Of a stretch of DNA of 30,933 bases, positions 1 to 9,200 are shown piece by piece. Within the stretch, counting starts at the first letter, position 1, and every line of letters begins with the position of its first letter. A program made the position numbers and the translations under genes. The stretch spans positions 1 to 30,933 of IMG/VR virus record IMGVR_UViG_3300037631_000967. One strand, 5' to 3'. Under the pieces are notes generated by a model. The model was given only the letters and a program-made list of their open reading frames with translations, was not told the DNA's origin and did not search any database. This stretch comes from a virus. Its lineage: Duplodnaviria > Caudoviricetes.

Positions 1-19
1 ATACCTTGGGGGACGATCC

Positions 20-274
20 ATGCCTAAAGAGTACAGCACAGAAAAGATACGGTCAATAGGGATAGATCCTAATGACCTCAGTACAACATTGTACTGCCAC
101 TGGGAGATAGAGAAGGTGGAGTACCACCTAGACAGGATGGTCTCTTACCTGGTAGAGAACAGGTTACCACACGCACTATCTCGTATAGTGATTGATGACA
201 TCGAGGATGCTAGGAATGAACTCAAGGAAATCTTTGATTACCTGTACAAAAAAGAGGGGCGGCTTGACAAATGA
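20..274 (+). CDS. hypothetical protein (84 aa; may extend beyond the left edge)
   Basis: ORF on the same strand as the downstream operon. The frame is also open from position 2, so the true start may lie outside the window. No recognisable motif. Confidence 0.6.
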   Translation: MPKEYSTEKIRSIGIDPNDLSTTLYCHWEIEKVEYHLDRMVSYLVENRLPHALSRIVIDDIEDARNELKEIFDYLYKKEGRLDK

Positions 275-293
275 AGAAAGTTTGTCCAATTCT
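264..293 (+). promoter_or_regulatory. possible sigma70-type promoter with overlapping inverted repeat
   Basis: Perfect TTGACA at 264-269, but only a poor -10 (CAATTC/AATTCT) 17-18 nt downstream. Inverted repeat GACAAA(266-271)-N9-TTTGTC(281-286) overlaps it. Confidence 0.25.
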
Positions 294-545
294 TTTTTCA
301 GGTAGTAATACCATCAAAGAAAGTTGCACCCTTGGCCTTTAAATCAGGCGTACCGAAACGGTACAAGGGACATCGGTTGCCAGAAATTGCCCATCTGGTT
401 GTAAAAAGGATTGCGAAAGCAATGGCTAATGCCTGACCAAAGAGGATTATAGTGACGTACCGAGTCCTCTCAGGCACCAGCTCTACATTGACTCATTACA
501 GGGATCAAGGATAGAATGGTTAGTCCCTTGTAGGGGCTAATTGTA
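290..545 (+). ncRNA. candidate structured non-coding element (ncRNA, cis-regulatory leader or origin)
   Basis: Largest non-coding gap in the window. Hairpins: GGTA-GTAA-TACC (301-312); a three-way junction CCCTTG/CAAGGG + GCCT/AGGC + TACCG/CGGTA (329-369); GCCAGA/TCTGGT (379-399); ATTGC-GAAA-GCAAT (410-423); TGCCTG..AGAGGATT/AGTCCTCT..CAGGCA (430-476); TTAGTCCCT/AGGGGCTAA (520-540). GNRA loops and G-U pairs favour the + strand. Confidence 0.55.
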
Positions 546-590
546 CCCAGATACAACGATCTATTAAGGGATTAGAGGAGAGATTAAACT

Positions 591-1967
591 ATGGGACTAA
601 CGATAGAACAACAACACGTGATGGACTGTATGCTTACTGGCAGACAAGGCAGTAGACTGATATGCTTTGGATCAGCAGGTACAGGTAAGTCATTTCTGAT
701 TAAAGAAATAGTTAAGACATTCGATTGCTCGATCTTAGCAGCACCTACTGGCAGAGCAGCTACTATCATTGGAGGCAGTACAATACATAAGTTGTTCGGG
801 ATACCATCAACTCATCCAATCAATCCAGACTTCAAGGAGCAGCCAGTACACAGGCAGAGATTCAACGATCCATCTTGCAGGTACTTCGGAGGACAACGCA
901 AAGAAGTGCTGAAGCACTGCTCGTGGATTATCTTGGATGAAATCGGTATGGTGCGATGCGATCACCTTGACTTCATCGAAGCAGCGTTACGTAAAGCTCG
1001 TGGATCTTTCGAGCCATTCGGAGGAGCTAAGATTCTGTGCGTTGGAGATGTCGGCCAGCTTCCACCAGTTGCCCAGGGCAGAGATGCTAGTACATTAAAG
1101 CGGTACGGTTACAAAGCTCCGTTCGGATTATTTCAGAGTAATGTACTGAACACTGACTTCCATCAGGTTAGTCTTACGAAAGTAATACGTCAGGAAAATC
1201 CTATCGAAGCTAACATCTTGAACAGAATTAGAGTAGGTGCTCAGACTAAAATAGATATTGACTATCTGAATACACGTGTGCAAGCACCTGATAGTAAAGC
1301 AGTTATACTGACTCCTCTCAGGAAGATACGTGACGAGATCAATAAGAAAAAACTTAATGACTTACAAGGAAGGCTATTGTGCTTTTCCGCCACTCGAACT
1401 GGATCGTTCAAGAAGAAGAAAGACAAGGATCTTCCCATCGAAGAGAAGATATACTTGAAGGAATATTGCCGCGTAGTTGTGAAAGCAAACATGACGTATA
1501 AGGTGATGGGAGTTACGCAAAGGATTGTGAACGGAGACACTGGTACGTTCTACGGAATTGATAAGCGTAGCCGTATGATTATTCACAGGGACTCCGACAA
1601 CAGTATAATTTATCTGAAGCCTAAGAAGTACCAAGACAGTACGCCAAAGGTTACGGTCGAGGATGGAGAGGAAAAGGTTATCGACGAGAGCAAGGGTCAG
1701 TACATTCAATTCCCTATTCAGCTAGGGTACAGCATGACGATCCACTCCAGCCAAGGAAGTACACTGAACAAGGTACATCTACAGCTACCAAGGCAAGTAC
1801 CTATGGCTCCAGGTCTAACTTACACAGCTTTATCTAGAATCAAATCGTTCTCTGACTTGACATTATCCAGAGATCTGCAAATGTACGATATATGGAGCGA
1901 CGTTTCCGCTTCTTTTCACCATCAACAGTACGAGTTTAGCTACGAGTACAAAACAAGAAACCAATAA
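591..1967 (+). CDS. Pif1-like SF1B DNA helicase
   Basis: Walker A GSAGTGKS, APTGRAA, TIHKLFG, Walker B IILDEIGMV, GDVGQLPPV, LTKVIRQ, VNGDTG, QFPIQLGYSMTIHSSQGSTL and YTALSR. SD-like GAGGAG upstream. Confidence 0.93.
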   Translation: MGLTIEQQHVMDCMLTGRQGSRLICFGSAGTGKSFLIKEIVKTFDCSILAAPTGRAATIIGGSTIHKLFGIPSTHPINPDFKEQPVHRQRFNDPSCRYFGGQRKEVLKHCSWIILDEIGMVRCDHLDFIEAALRKARGSFEPFGGAKILCVGDVGQLPPVAQGRDASTLKRYGYKAPFGLFQSNVLNTDFHQVSLTKVIRQENPIEANILNRIRVGAQTKIDIDYLNTRVQAPDSKAVILTPLRKIRDEINKKKLNDLQGRLLCFSATRTGSFKKKKDKDLPIEEKIYLKEYCRVVVKANMTYKVMGVTQRIVNGDTGTFYGIDKRSRMIIHRDSDNSIIYLKPKKYQDSTPKVTVEDGEEKVIDESKGQYIQFPIQLGYSMTIHSSQGSTLNKVHLQLPRQVPMAPGLTYTALSRIKSFSDLTLSRDLQMYDIWSDVSASFHHQQYEFSYEYKTRNQ

Positions 1968-1972
1968 AACAT

Positions 1973-2713
1973 ATGAGAGACACACGATACTGGAAAAAAG
2001 ACAACGCAAAGGGAGGTTACTGGAGTAAATGCCGTGACCAAATAAGCAACGAGCAAGCCAATGACGGCAGAGTACTACACAAGTACACTAAGCCTTCACC
2101 TGGCGAGAGATGGCAGTACACTACAGATAAACTGTTCGGTAATATCGAATCCGTTTACATCGACAACGGAATGTACGGTGAGGTTCTAAACATAGGACTT
2201 CAGCACGACCAAGGAGTAGATGTACTTAGCGTACCTGTATGGAAAGACAAGGCCAACGGTAAGCTATCTGTTGACTTCAAGGGTATCGCTAAGAAAATTC
2301 CTAACATCTCTGTTCATTCTCCCCTGAGTGCAGCTACTTGGATGAACCATAAGGGAGCTTACACGTTCAAAGATCCACAGGGCAATGAGCGTACAATCGT
2401 ACCGATCTACATCACGATTCAGCAAGGTGGAGCTAGCGTTGCTTCAGCGTTCCCTTATGAGAACGGTAAGTACGTTGGAGTTCCTGAAGCAGATTCTGCT
2501 AAGATCGGGGACAAGACGTACTTCGACTTCTCTAAGCAGAACGACTTCTTCGTGGACACGGTTAATCGTTTCATCCAAGATAATCAATCTGTCTTTGAGG
2601 AACGTAAGGCTAATCGCTCCGCGACTCCTGCTGAACAGGAAAGTCAAGAGCCTAAGAACATTCCTGTCACAGCTAATGCTGCTGACGATAGCGATGACGA
2701 TCTACCGTGGTAA
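1973..2713 (+). CDS. putative single-stranded DNA-binding protein
   Basis: Directly follows the helicase. Aromatic, beta-rich core, then a flexible linker and the acidic tail ADDSDDDLPW, matching the DDDLPF/W tails of SSBs. Confidence 0.7.
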   Translation: MRDTRYWKKDNAKGGYWSKCRDQISNEQANDGRVLHKYTKPSPGERWQYTTDKLFGNIESVYIDNGMYGEVLNIGLQHDQGVDVLSVPVWKDKANGKLSVDFKGIAKKIPNISVHSPLSAATWMNHKGAYTFKDPQGNERTIVPIYITIQQGGASVASAFPYENGKYVGVPEADSAKIGDKTYFDFSKQNDFFVDTVNRFIQDNQSVFEERKANRSATPAEQESQEPKNIPVTANAADDSDDDLPW

Positions 2714-2715
2714 GC

Positions 2716-3135
2716 ATGAGTGAAACTAAATGGATTCAGGGGAAGCTTGTTAAGCAGGTGTACAAAGATTCTGCTAACAACTTCCAACTTGAGCGTAAAG
2801 ATGGTTCAACATTCGGCCTTATATACAAAGGTTCTCCTCTCAGTAAATACGAGAGGGGGACTGAGGTGTACGCTACTGACGCCAGTCTATACATAGACGG
2901 TAAGGTTAAGGTGTACAAGACGGATGACCCACCTAAGTTCAAGTTCAAGGAAGACACTACAACCTGCATTGATAAGCAGGGTGAAGTCCAGCCAACTCCA
3001 ACGGTACGTGAACTCACTACCGAAGAGCTTACGCTCGCTGGGATTGAGCTGTTGTTAGTCAGATCGCTTGACATAGAGGTTCAACAAGTTAGGGTACTTA
3101 TTCAGGAACTAGCGTTTAAGAAACTTTCTGTATAG
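2716..3135 (+). CDS. hypothetical protein
   Basis: Tightly packed in the operon. ATG at 2716, 2 nt after the SSB stop, is preferred to GTG at 2707. Confidence 0.7.
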   Translation: MSETKWIQGKLVKQVYKDSANNFQLERKDGSTFGLIYKGSPLSKYERGTEVYATDASLYIDGKVKVYKTDDPPKFKFKEDTTTCIDKQGEVQPTPTVRELTTEELTLAGIELLLVRSLDIEVQQVRVLIQELAFKKLSV

Positions 3136-3138
3136 CGT

Positions 3139-3786
3139 ATGTCAAAAGTGTTAGCCATCGGGGATTTGCATGAGCCTTTTTGCTTAGACAAATACCTCAG
3201 GTTCTGTAAGAACGTGGATCGTAAAGCTGGATGCAACAAAGTTGTACTGATCGGTGATGTCATCGACAACCATTACAGCTCTTATCACGAGACAGACCCC
3301 GATGGCTACTCTGCTGGCGAAGAACTAGACAGGGCTATACAGAGAATAGGTAAGTGGTACAGGGCTTTCCCTGAGGCTTACGTTTGTATAGGAAACCACG
3401 ATAGGCTAGTCCATCGTAAGGCTTACACAGCAGGAATATCTAAACGCTGGGTAAGAGATTACAGTGAAGTCCTTGAGGCTCCTGGCTGGGAGTTCGTTGA
3501 AAGCGTTACGATAGACAACGTAGTGTACTGTCATGGCGATGGTAAGAAAGCTATCCAAAGAGCCAAGCAGGATATGCAATCAGTTGTACAGGGACACTAT
3601 CACTCTGAGTGCTACGTTCAGTGGCATACAGGAGCTAAGTGCAAAGTGTTCGGTATGCAGTTAGGATCTGGGATAGACAAGGACAGTTACGCTATGGCTT
3701 ACGGTAAGTACGGCCCTCATCCAGCTATCGGATGTGGAGTAGTACAGCACGGTAAGGTAGCTACTAATTATTTAATGGAATTATGA
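3139..3786 (+). CDS. calcineurin-like metallophosphoesterase
   Basis: All five metal-binding motifs in order: GDLH, GDVID, GNHD, HG, GHYH. Confidence 0.9.
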   Translation: MSKVLAIGDLHEPFCLDKYLRFCKNVDRKAGCNKVVLIGDVIDNHYSSYHETDPDGYSAGEELDRAIQRIGKWYRAFPEAYVCIGNHDRLVHRKAYTAGISKRWVRDYSEVLEAPGWEFVESVTIDNVVYCHGDGKKAIQRAKQDMQSVVQGHYHSECYVQWHTGAKCKVFGMQLGSGIDKDSYAMAYGKYGPHPAIGCGVVQHGKVATNYLMEL

Positions 3787-4112
3787 CAAAAGAAAAGTTT
3801 GAAGAGTTTACTAAGGCTTTATTCGCCAAGATGTCTAATGTTCTAAAGGACAAGAACAACGACTACACCGCAATGAGCACTGATGCTTTCGCTAACTTCG
3901 AGCAAGCTAGGGATTACGGAGTAGATCCTCTTATTGGACTTTGCGTCCGCATGGGAGACAAGATAAAGAGAGTGCAGACGTTCTGCAAAACTAAATCACT
4001 AGCAGTGGAGGATGAGCACGTTGAGGATGCCTTCGAGGACATTATCGGGTACTGCACAATAGCTTTAGCAATGATTAAAGAAAAGAAAGACAACCACATT
4101 GATTACCCATGA
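3783..4112 (+). CDS. DUF1599 / nucleotide modification associated domain 1 (Nmad1)-like protein
   Basis: KNNDY...FANF...GLCVRMGDKIKR...EHVEDAFEDIIGY pattern, recalled as typical of this all-alpha family. ATGA overlap with the phosphoesterase. Confidence 0.72.
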   Translation: MTKEKFEEFTKALFAKMSNVLKDKNNDYTAMSTDAFANFEQARDYGVDPLIGLCVRMGDKIKRVQTFCKTKSLAVEDEHVEDAFEDIIGYCTIALAMIKEKKDNHIDYP

Positions 4113-4309
4113 ACGAAGAAACCTGCCCAATATGTCAACAAAGGTACACGATTACCTTTAAGACCCCGTACAAAACCTGCACTGTATCTTCTGATGAAGT
4201 TGACATGATGCTCCATGAAGTGCTTGATGAACTTGTTGTTCCTGCTATAGAAGGAGTGGGATACGTAGTAAAACCAGGACACATAGACGTTTTTTACAGA
4301 GAAGAATGA
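4109..4309 (+). CDS. hypothetical protein (66 aa)
   Basis: ATGA overlaps at both ends; N-terminal CPIC. Confidence 0.65.
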   Translation: MNEETCPICQQRYTITFKTPYKTCTVSSDEVDMMLHEVLDELVVPAIEGVGYVVKPGHIDVFYREE

Positions 4310-4650
4310 TTCAAGAAGATTTTAAAGAGTTAGCACTACAAGTTAAAGAGATGCTCTCATCTGATTCAGGGTACGTAAAAGAAAGCGTAGCCCCGATGAT
4401 CGGTGGTGGTTTTACTGGCGATCTAATGCCAGTAGGCTATCACGTTTTTCCAGCAAGGCAGGTATGCAGGACTGAGCTAGGGAAAACTCTAATGGATGAG
4501 GTCACTATGTTTCACCAAAAGGTAATAGACATAGACGATGATAACACTGTGATCGTGTACGCTGAGTCATCTCTCCTGCCTAATGAAACCATTCGGATTC
4601 TTGAGAGTTGGATGCAGAGATTCCTAGAGGAGACAATGTACGAGCTATGA
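4306..4650 (+). CDS. hypothetical protein
   Basis: ATGA overlaps at both ends. Confidence 0.7.
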   Translation: MIQEDFKELALQVKEMLSSDSGYVKESVAPMIGGGFTGDLMPVGYHVFPARQVCRTELGKTLMDEVTMFHQKVIDIDDDNTVIVYAESSLLPNETIRILESWMQRFLEETMYEL

Positions 4651-4883
4651 AAAAATTAACAGTCAGTGAGGTGTCAGAAGCAATTGAGTTGCTGACTGCT
4701 GCTCAGACTTTTCAAAGTCAGATAGATGTAATAACGGCCAAGATCACTAGACTGATGGGTGGAGTTAAGGATGACTTGATCCACGAGCTAGTAGACCAAG
4801 CTGTTCTCAATAAAGAATCCGTTGAATGGATTGTTGAAGAGGTACAGAGCTGGGAAAAGTACAGCCAAGAACTAAAGCTTTGA
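4647..4883 (+). CDS. hypothetical protein (78 aa, helical)
   Basis: Start reassigned to the ATG at 4647 (ATGA overlap with the previous stop) instead of 4608. Confidence 0.65.
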   Translation: MKKLTVSEVSEAIELLTAAQTFQSQIDVITAKITRLMGGVKDDLIHELVDQAVLNKESVEWIVEEVQSWEKYSQELKL

Positions 4884-4912
4884 TAGAACTAAACAAATAA
4901 ATTAATTTGATT

Positions 4913-5263
4913 ATGAGGACTCATCCACTTTTGGCGTACAGACTAAAGCATCCAGTACCTATAATGGATGACATCGAAGAGGGGGATATGATTGTCTTAA
5001 AAACTTGGGAAAATAACCCGTCTAAAAACCCAAGATACTGTAATCCAATGATCCGCAGAGCCAGGATGAACTTTCCGTACTGGCATCGAGAGGTTCAGAT
5101 GCTCCAGAGAAAGCCTATAAGGGTGCTTGAAGTGACTGGAGAGGGTCTACATAGGGCTGCATATGTGGACATGGCTAAATACCTAGGTAGGACTCTTGAG
5201 AAAAATGACCACGGCTGCCGATGGCTTCTTCTTTCGGATGTAAGAAAGGTTAATCAGAAATGA
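4913..5263 (+). CDS. hypothetical protein
   Basis: ATG at 4913 after an AT-rich spacer; ATGA overlap with the next ORF. Confidence 0.6.
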   Translation: MRTHPLLAYRLKHPVPIMDDIEEGDMIVLKTWENNPSKNPRYCNPMIRRARMNFPYWHREVQMLQRKPIRVLEVTGEGLHRAAYVDMAKYLGRTLEKNDHGCRWLLLSDVRKVNQK

Positions 5264-5580
5264 GCTATACAGAACTAATTTACCAAGAGCTTGAGATAAA
5301 GGAATGGCCCCTTTTAAAAGTAGGAGACGAAAAGTTCTTTGGCTACGTTCTTTCAATGGGAGTAATGCCTAATGATTTTTACGAAGGTCGGGAATTTAAC
5401 GATATGCGACAATATGCTGACTTTGGATATAATGGTAGATACGAAAGGTACATTTTGCCTAACGATGAACAACTTAAAAAAGATTTACTTAAATTTTTAT
5501 GGGACAACATGGAGATGGAATTGTACGGCAAGGTATGGATTGATAAATTAGAAAACGGGTATAAGGTAGATTTGCCGTAG
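5260..5580 (+). CDS. hypothetical protein
   Basis: 106 aa ORF coupled to the upstream gene. Confidence 0.65.
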   Translation: MSYTELIYQELEIKEWPLLKVGDEKFFGYVLSMGVMPNDFYEGREFNDMRQYADFGYNGRYERYILPNDEQLKKDLLKFLWDNMEMELYGKVWIDKLENGYKVDLP

Positions 5581-5589
5581 TAATCTAAC

Positions 5590-6018
5590 ATGAAAAAGCT
5601 TAAACAGTCCGAGATCAAATCATTCAGGAAGGAACTCCTAGCCAGACAAGGAGGACGAGATCCCATTACAGGATTGCAGATCAAAGATGCGGTCTTAGAC
5701 CACGATCATGTCTCAGGACACGTCAGATGCGTTCTACAGCGTGAAGTCAATTCATTCGAGGGTAAGGTATGGAACGCGTACAAACGCTTTATACGGCCTC
5801 TGGGAGCCTCTTATGAGGATGTCCTCATTGCTATCATAGAGTACTGGAGCAAAGATTACTCATCAAATCCTATCCATCCTAAGCACAGAACGGACACAGA
5901 TAAGGTAGTCAGGGAGTACAGGCGTAGGATCAAGAGAGCTAAACGACCTCAGACAAAAGAGAAGTACAGAGTCCTGATAAGGGAGTTGACAAAGAAGCCA
6001 AAATCACTACAGTCTTAA
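5590..6018 (+). CDS. recombination endonuclease VII-like (His-Me) nuclease
   Basis: RQGGRDPITG...AVLDHDHVSGHVRCVLQREVNSFEGK matches the EndoVII DHDHxxGxVRxxLxxxxNxxEG signature; IHPKH follows. Confidence 0.85.
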   Translation: MKKLKQSEIKSFRKELLARQGGRDPITGLQIKDAVLDHDHVSGHVRCVLQREVNSFEGKVWNAYKRFIRPLGASYEDVLIAIIEYWSKDYSSNPIHPKHRTDTDKVVREYRRRIKRAKRPQTKEKYRVLIRELTKKPKSLQS

Positions 6019-6020
6019 TC

Positions 6021-6215
6021 ATGTCAGAAGAACCTACCATTTCGTACCAAGACTTATCCCAAGCAGTTAATATTATAGACCTGGCTGCTAAACGTGGAGC
6101 ATTCCACGGCAAAGAACTTTCCGTCATTGGATCTCTTAGAGATAGAATAGAAGAGTTTCTATCATCTAAAGAGGAAGAAGAAATTATCCCTCCCGATACA
6201 TCAGATCCAGAGTGA
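6021..6215 (+). CDS. conserved hypothetical phage protein
   Basis: DLxxAVNIIDLAAKRGAFxGxELxxIGxLR pattern, recalled from small proteins of aquatic phages. Last gene before the terminator. Confidence 0.7.
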   Translation: MSEEPTISYQDLSQAVNIIDLAAKRGAFHGKELSVIGSLRDRIEEFLSSKEEEEIIPPDTSDPE

Positions 6216-6241
6216 TCTGCTCTCCTCACGCACAGCACCTC

Positions 6242-6277
6242 AAGGGCAGTGGGCTTAAAAACCTGCTGCCCTTTTTT
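6242..6277 (+). terminator. intrinsic terminator at the convergence of the two arms
   Basis: AAGGGCAGTGGG-cttaaaa-aCCTGCTGCCCTT stem-loop (8 Watson-Crick pairs plus a G-U/G-C extension) running into a T tract. Confidence 0.8.
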
Positions 6278-9200
6278 ATTCTTCTTTGGACTGCTTCATA
6301 GCCCAGCTCAAATTCTTACCTATTATCGGAATGAACTGAGTTGTTTTAGATTCTTCAGTTCCTGGGAAGTTGAATCCAGCGATGTCCTTACCAGCAGCAT
6401 CTACCAAAGAAACAGCAGGAGGAATCAACATTCCAACAGCAGCACTACCAACGCCTTCTCTTTGGGCAACCATACCAGTGTATGAGTTTAAACCAAAAAC
6501 TCTCCAAAGGTTTTCAGTAGTTAGGTCTGAGAGAGTAGGAAGAGATCCCTCTTTAAAGAAGGCATGAATAAATTCTACAGGAGCATTAGCAATCATAAGA
6601 GATATTAGCATTTGAAAAAGATTCTGCAATCCCTCCTGAACTTCATCTTCATTTCCAGAAAGAATCTTTTTAAATACGTTTCTTCTGGCGTAGTCCAACT
6701 GTTTCATTGTGTAGCTCTTTAGTGCGTAAGCCATCCTAATTTTTGGATTAGTTAGATAAGCGTAAGGCATATCCAATCTACTGAGTGGAGCTATTTCTGA
6801 AAGCTTGTAAAATAAAAACTCTGAAACTAAATCAGTCTTACTTCCTGCTCGGATGTCGTTTACAACCTTTTGAGCATTTTCTGGACCCATAAGATCCGAA
6901 ATTTCATCAAAAACTTTTGCAGATTTTTCGTTGGCAGACTTCCCAAGTTGGTTCTTGACTCTTACGTAAGTGCTATTGATGAATTTTTCTTTCATCTTTT
7001 CGTCGAGTTTACGAAATCCAGTCAATGTAAAAACAGTATCAATGGCTTTTTGAAGTTTATCTGGAATACTTCCATCTGACGTAAACTCAAAGCCGACAGA
7101 CTGCCCAGCTAAGTTAAGATCTTCTAAGCTAAAAGAAATGTCTTTATCTCCCTGGAAAGCAGCCTGTTTATTTTCAAACAAATTATAGGCAAAGTCACCA
7201 AGTTGGGTAACTGTACTCATAGGGTTGCTCATAAACGCTAAGGTAGTAAAGCTTTTAACACCCCTAGAAAAGTTAGCAAAGTCTTTTCTGCCATAGGCAG
7301 CAGAAGATTCAGAAACAAAATTAGCGTTTGATTTAAATGCCCCTCTCAAAAGTCTAATGATATCGTCGTAACCCTTTTGATCTAATCTTCCTTCAATAAG
7401 CTCATCTCTAAGAACCTTTACAATTCTTCCGCTTCCTAAAGATTTAGACAAGTGGGGTGGAACGCCTCCCTTTTTCTTGAATTTTCTCTCAGCTTTCCCT
7501 ACAGCACTTACAACTTCTTTGCTTTTGCTTAGTATTTCTCTTGCTGACTTTTTTCCTTCTTCAAGGTCTAGTTGTCTGCGAAGATAGGTACGTAAACTTT
7601 GATCCTTTCTGGAGTCTTTGAACTTATTATAGGCGTACAAAGCTTTATCTACATTAGACTCAAACTTTATCGGTATGCCCTTGACCTCAAAGCTAGACCC
7701 CAATACATAAGGAAGTTCATCGGAAGAAACTTTATCTCTTGTTCTGGTGGTGGCATCTCCTTGATCGACTGGAGTTGGACCCATGCCCTTAGGAGATTTC
7801 TCATCGTTAATGCTTTGAACTACAATCCTGTCCTGTACTTCTTCAGCTTGGGTTTCCCTCTGCTCAATGTCTTTAAATTCAGACCTATCTACAGCATTAA
7901 AATCCCTGAGAAGATTAGCATCCGCAATAGATTTAACCATTTTGTTTACGTAATAAACAGAGGCATTTTGAGGAGTATGGTAAAACTTTACAGCTTCATC
8001 AGAGACATTATCAATTACCCTTTTCTTTAATGGGTTTGTCCCAATGCCCTTATACTTTGGATTGTTGCTTTTTTTTAGATCTTCAATTATTATCTTCTCA
8101 AAAAATTCACCAACCTTATCAACGCTATAATCTTCATCAGACTCTGCCATTTTTTTCAGAGCCTTTTCAACTATATCATCATTTCCTTGAAGACCTAAAT
8201 ACTTTCTAAACCCATCGTAGTCCTTCATGTTCCTGGGCAGAAAATCTTCTATCTCTCCAACTTGTACACCAGAGGATAATGCCTCTGATCGTAGATCCTC
8301 AAGGGCTTTTACGTATTCATCAAATTCTTTTTTAATCTCGTATTTTTCGTGGATAGGATTTAGCAAATTACGATTGTTAGTCTTATGAAAAGAATTGTAA
8401 ATTAACTGATAATCTTCTGGATTGCTTTTTTCTATTTCATTAAGCTTTGAAAGATAAGGAAAAATCTTTTTAAAATAATCTGATTGTTTGTTTTTGCTTT
8501 CGGACTTGTAGCTATTTAATGCTATAAAAGCATTTTTATTTATTGATCTAATTTTAGATGATATTGGTGTAATAATATCATCAACAACTGGCATTGATTT
8601 CTGGAAAAAAGAACTATCCTTTATGGATTTAATAAGGTCCTTAGTAACTGGAACTATTTTTTTAGAAACACTTTCAGTAATTTTTCTAACATCTATTCCA
8701 TTCTTCATCAACCCATCAAGAACCTTAGCCGTAAGAGGTGCATTTTTTACCATGTCCTTGGCCTTTAAAGTTCCCTTGGCTAAAGATTCGCTCACACCAG
8801 ATAAAGCCTTATTCGCTTTGGTAATAGCTTTAAGTGGAACAGCAGCAGTTTCCCTAGCTATTCTAGGTGAAGCTCCAGCAGTACCAAAAGCACCGCCACC
8901 AATAGCTCCAAGGGCAAACGACCTACCAGTTCCCTCTAAGGTTTCTCTTTCAGGATCGTAGCCAAATAAGCTGTTAGCAAGAATATTTAAACCAGCTTCA
9001 TCAGCAGCTTCAGTAAAACCTTCGCCAAGTGCGGCCTTGCCTACATCCTTAGTAATTTCCTTAAAGGAATCTTTGGTAAGCTTACCCTCTTCTGCTAATT
9101 TAAAAAGATTCTTGTTTATTTCCTTGTTCTTAAGAAATACTTTTTGTATTCCCTTAATACCAATTTTTTCAAGAGCGTAGGTCTTTATACCATTTATAGC

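Noticed and set aside
329-436. HDV-like ribozyme: order P1 (CCCTTG/CAAGGG), P2 (TCAGGCG/TGCCTGA), P3, a P4-like hairpin and a GGCTAA J4/2-like segment
   Set aside because: The loop in the L3 position (CGAAACG) lacks the UYCxCG consensus, and there is no P1.1 CC/GG pairing or G-U pair at the cleavage site. The resemblance is topological only; a self-cleavage assay would settle it.
275-590. Retron msr-msd, group I/II intron or tRNA in the structured gap
   Set aside because: No reverse transcriptase or maturase in the window, no interrupted gene, no terminal a1/a2 repeats, and no cloverleaf with a TTC T-loop.
584-5684. Minus-strand and alternate-frame ORFs in the left arm (584, 1262, 1374, 2385, 2444, 2736, 3914, 5379)
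   Set aside because: All overlap well-supported + strand genes and show no independent coding signal.
6249-8961. Plus-strand ORFs inside the 1189 aa gene (6249, 6370, 6870, 7599, 8623)
   Set aside because: Antisense to a long coherent gene, downstream of the + strand terminator, with no motifs.
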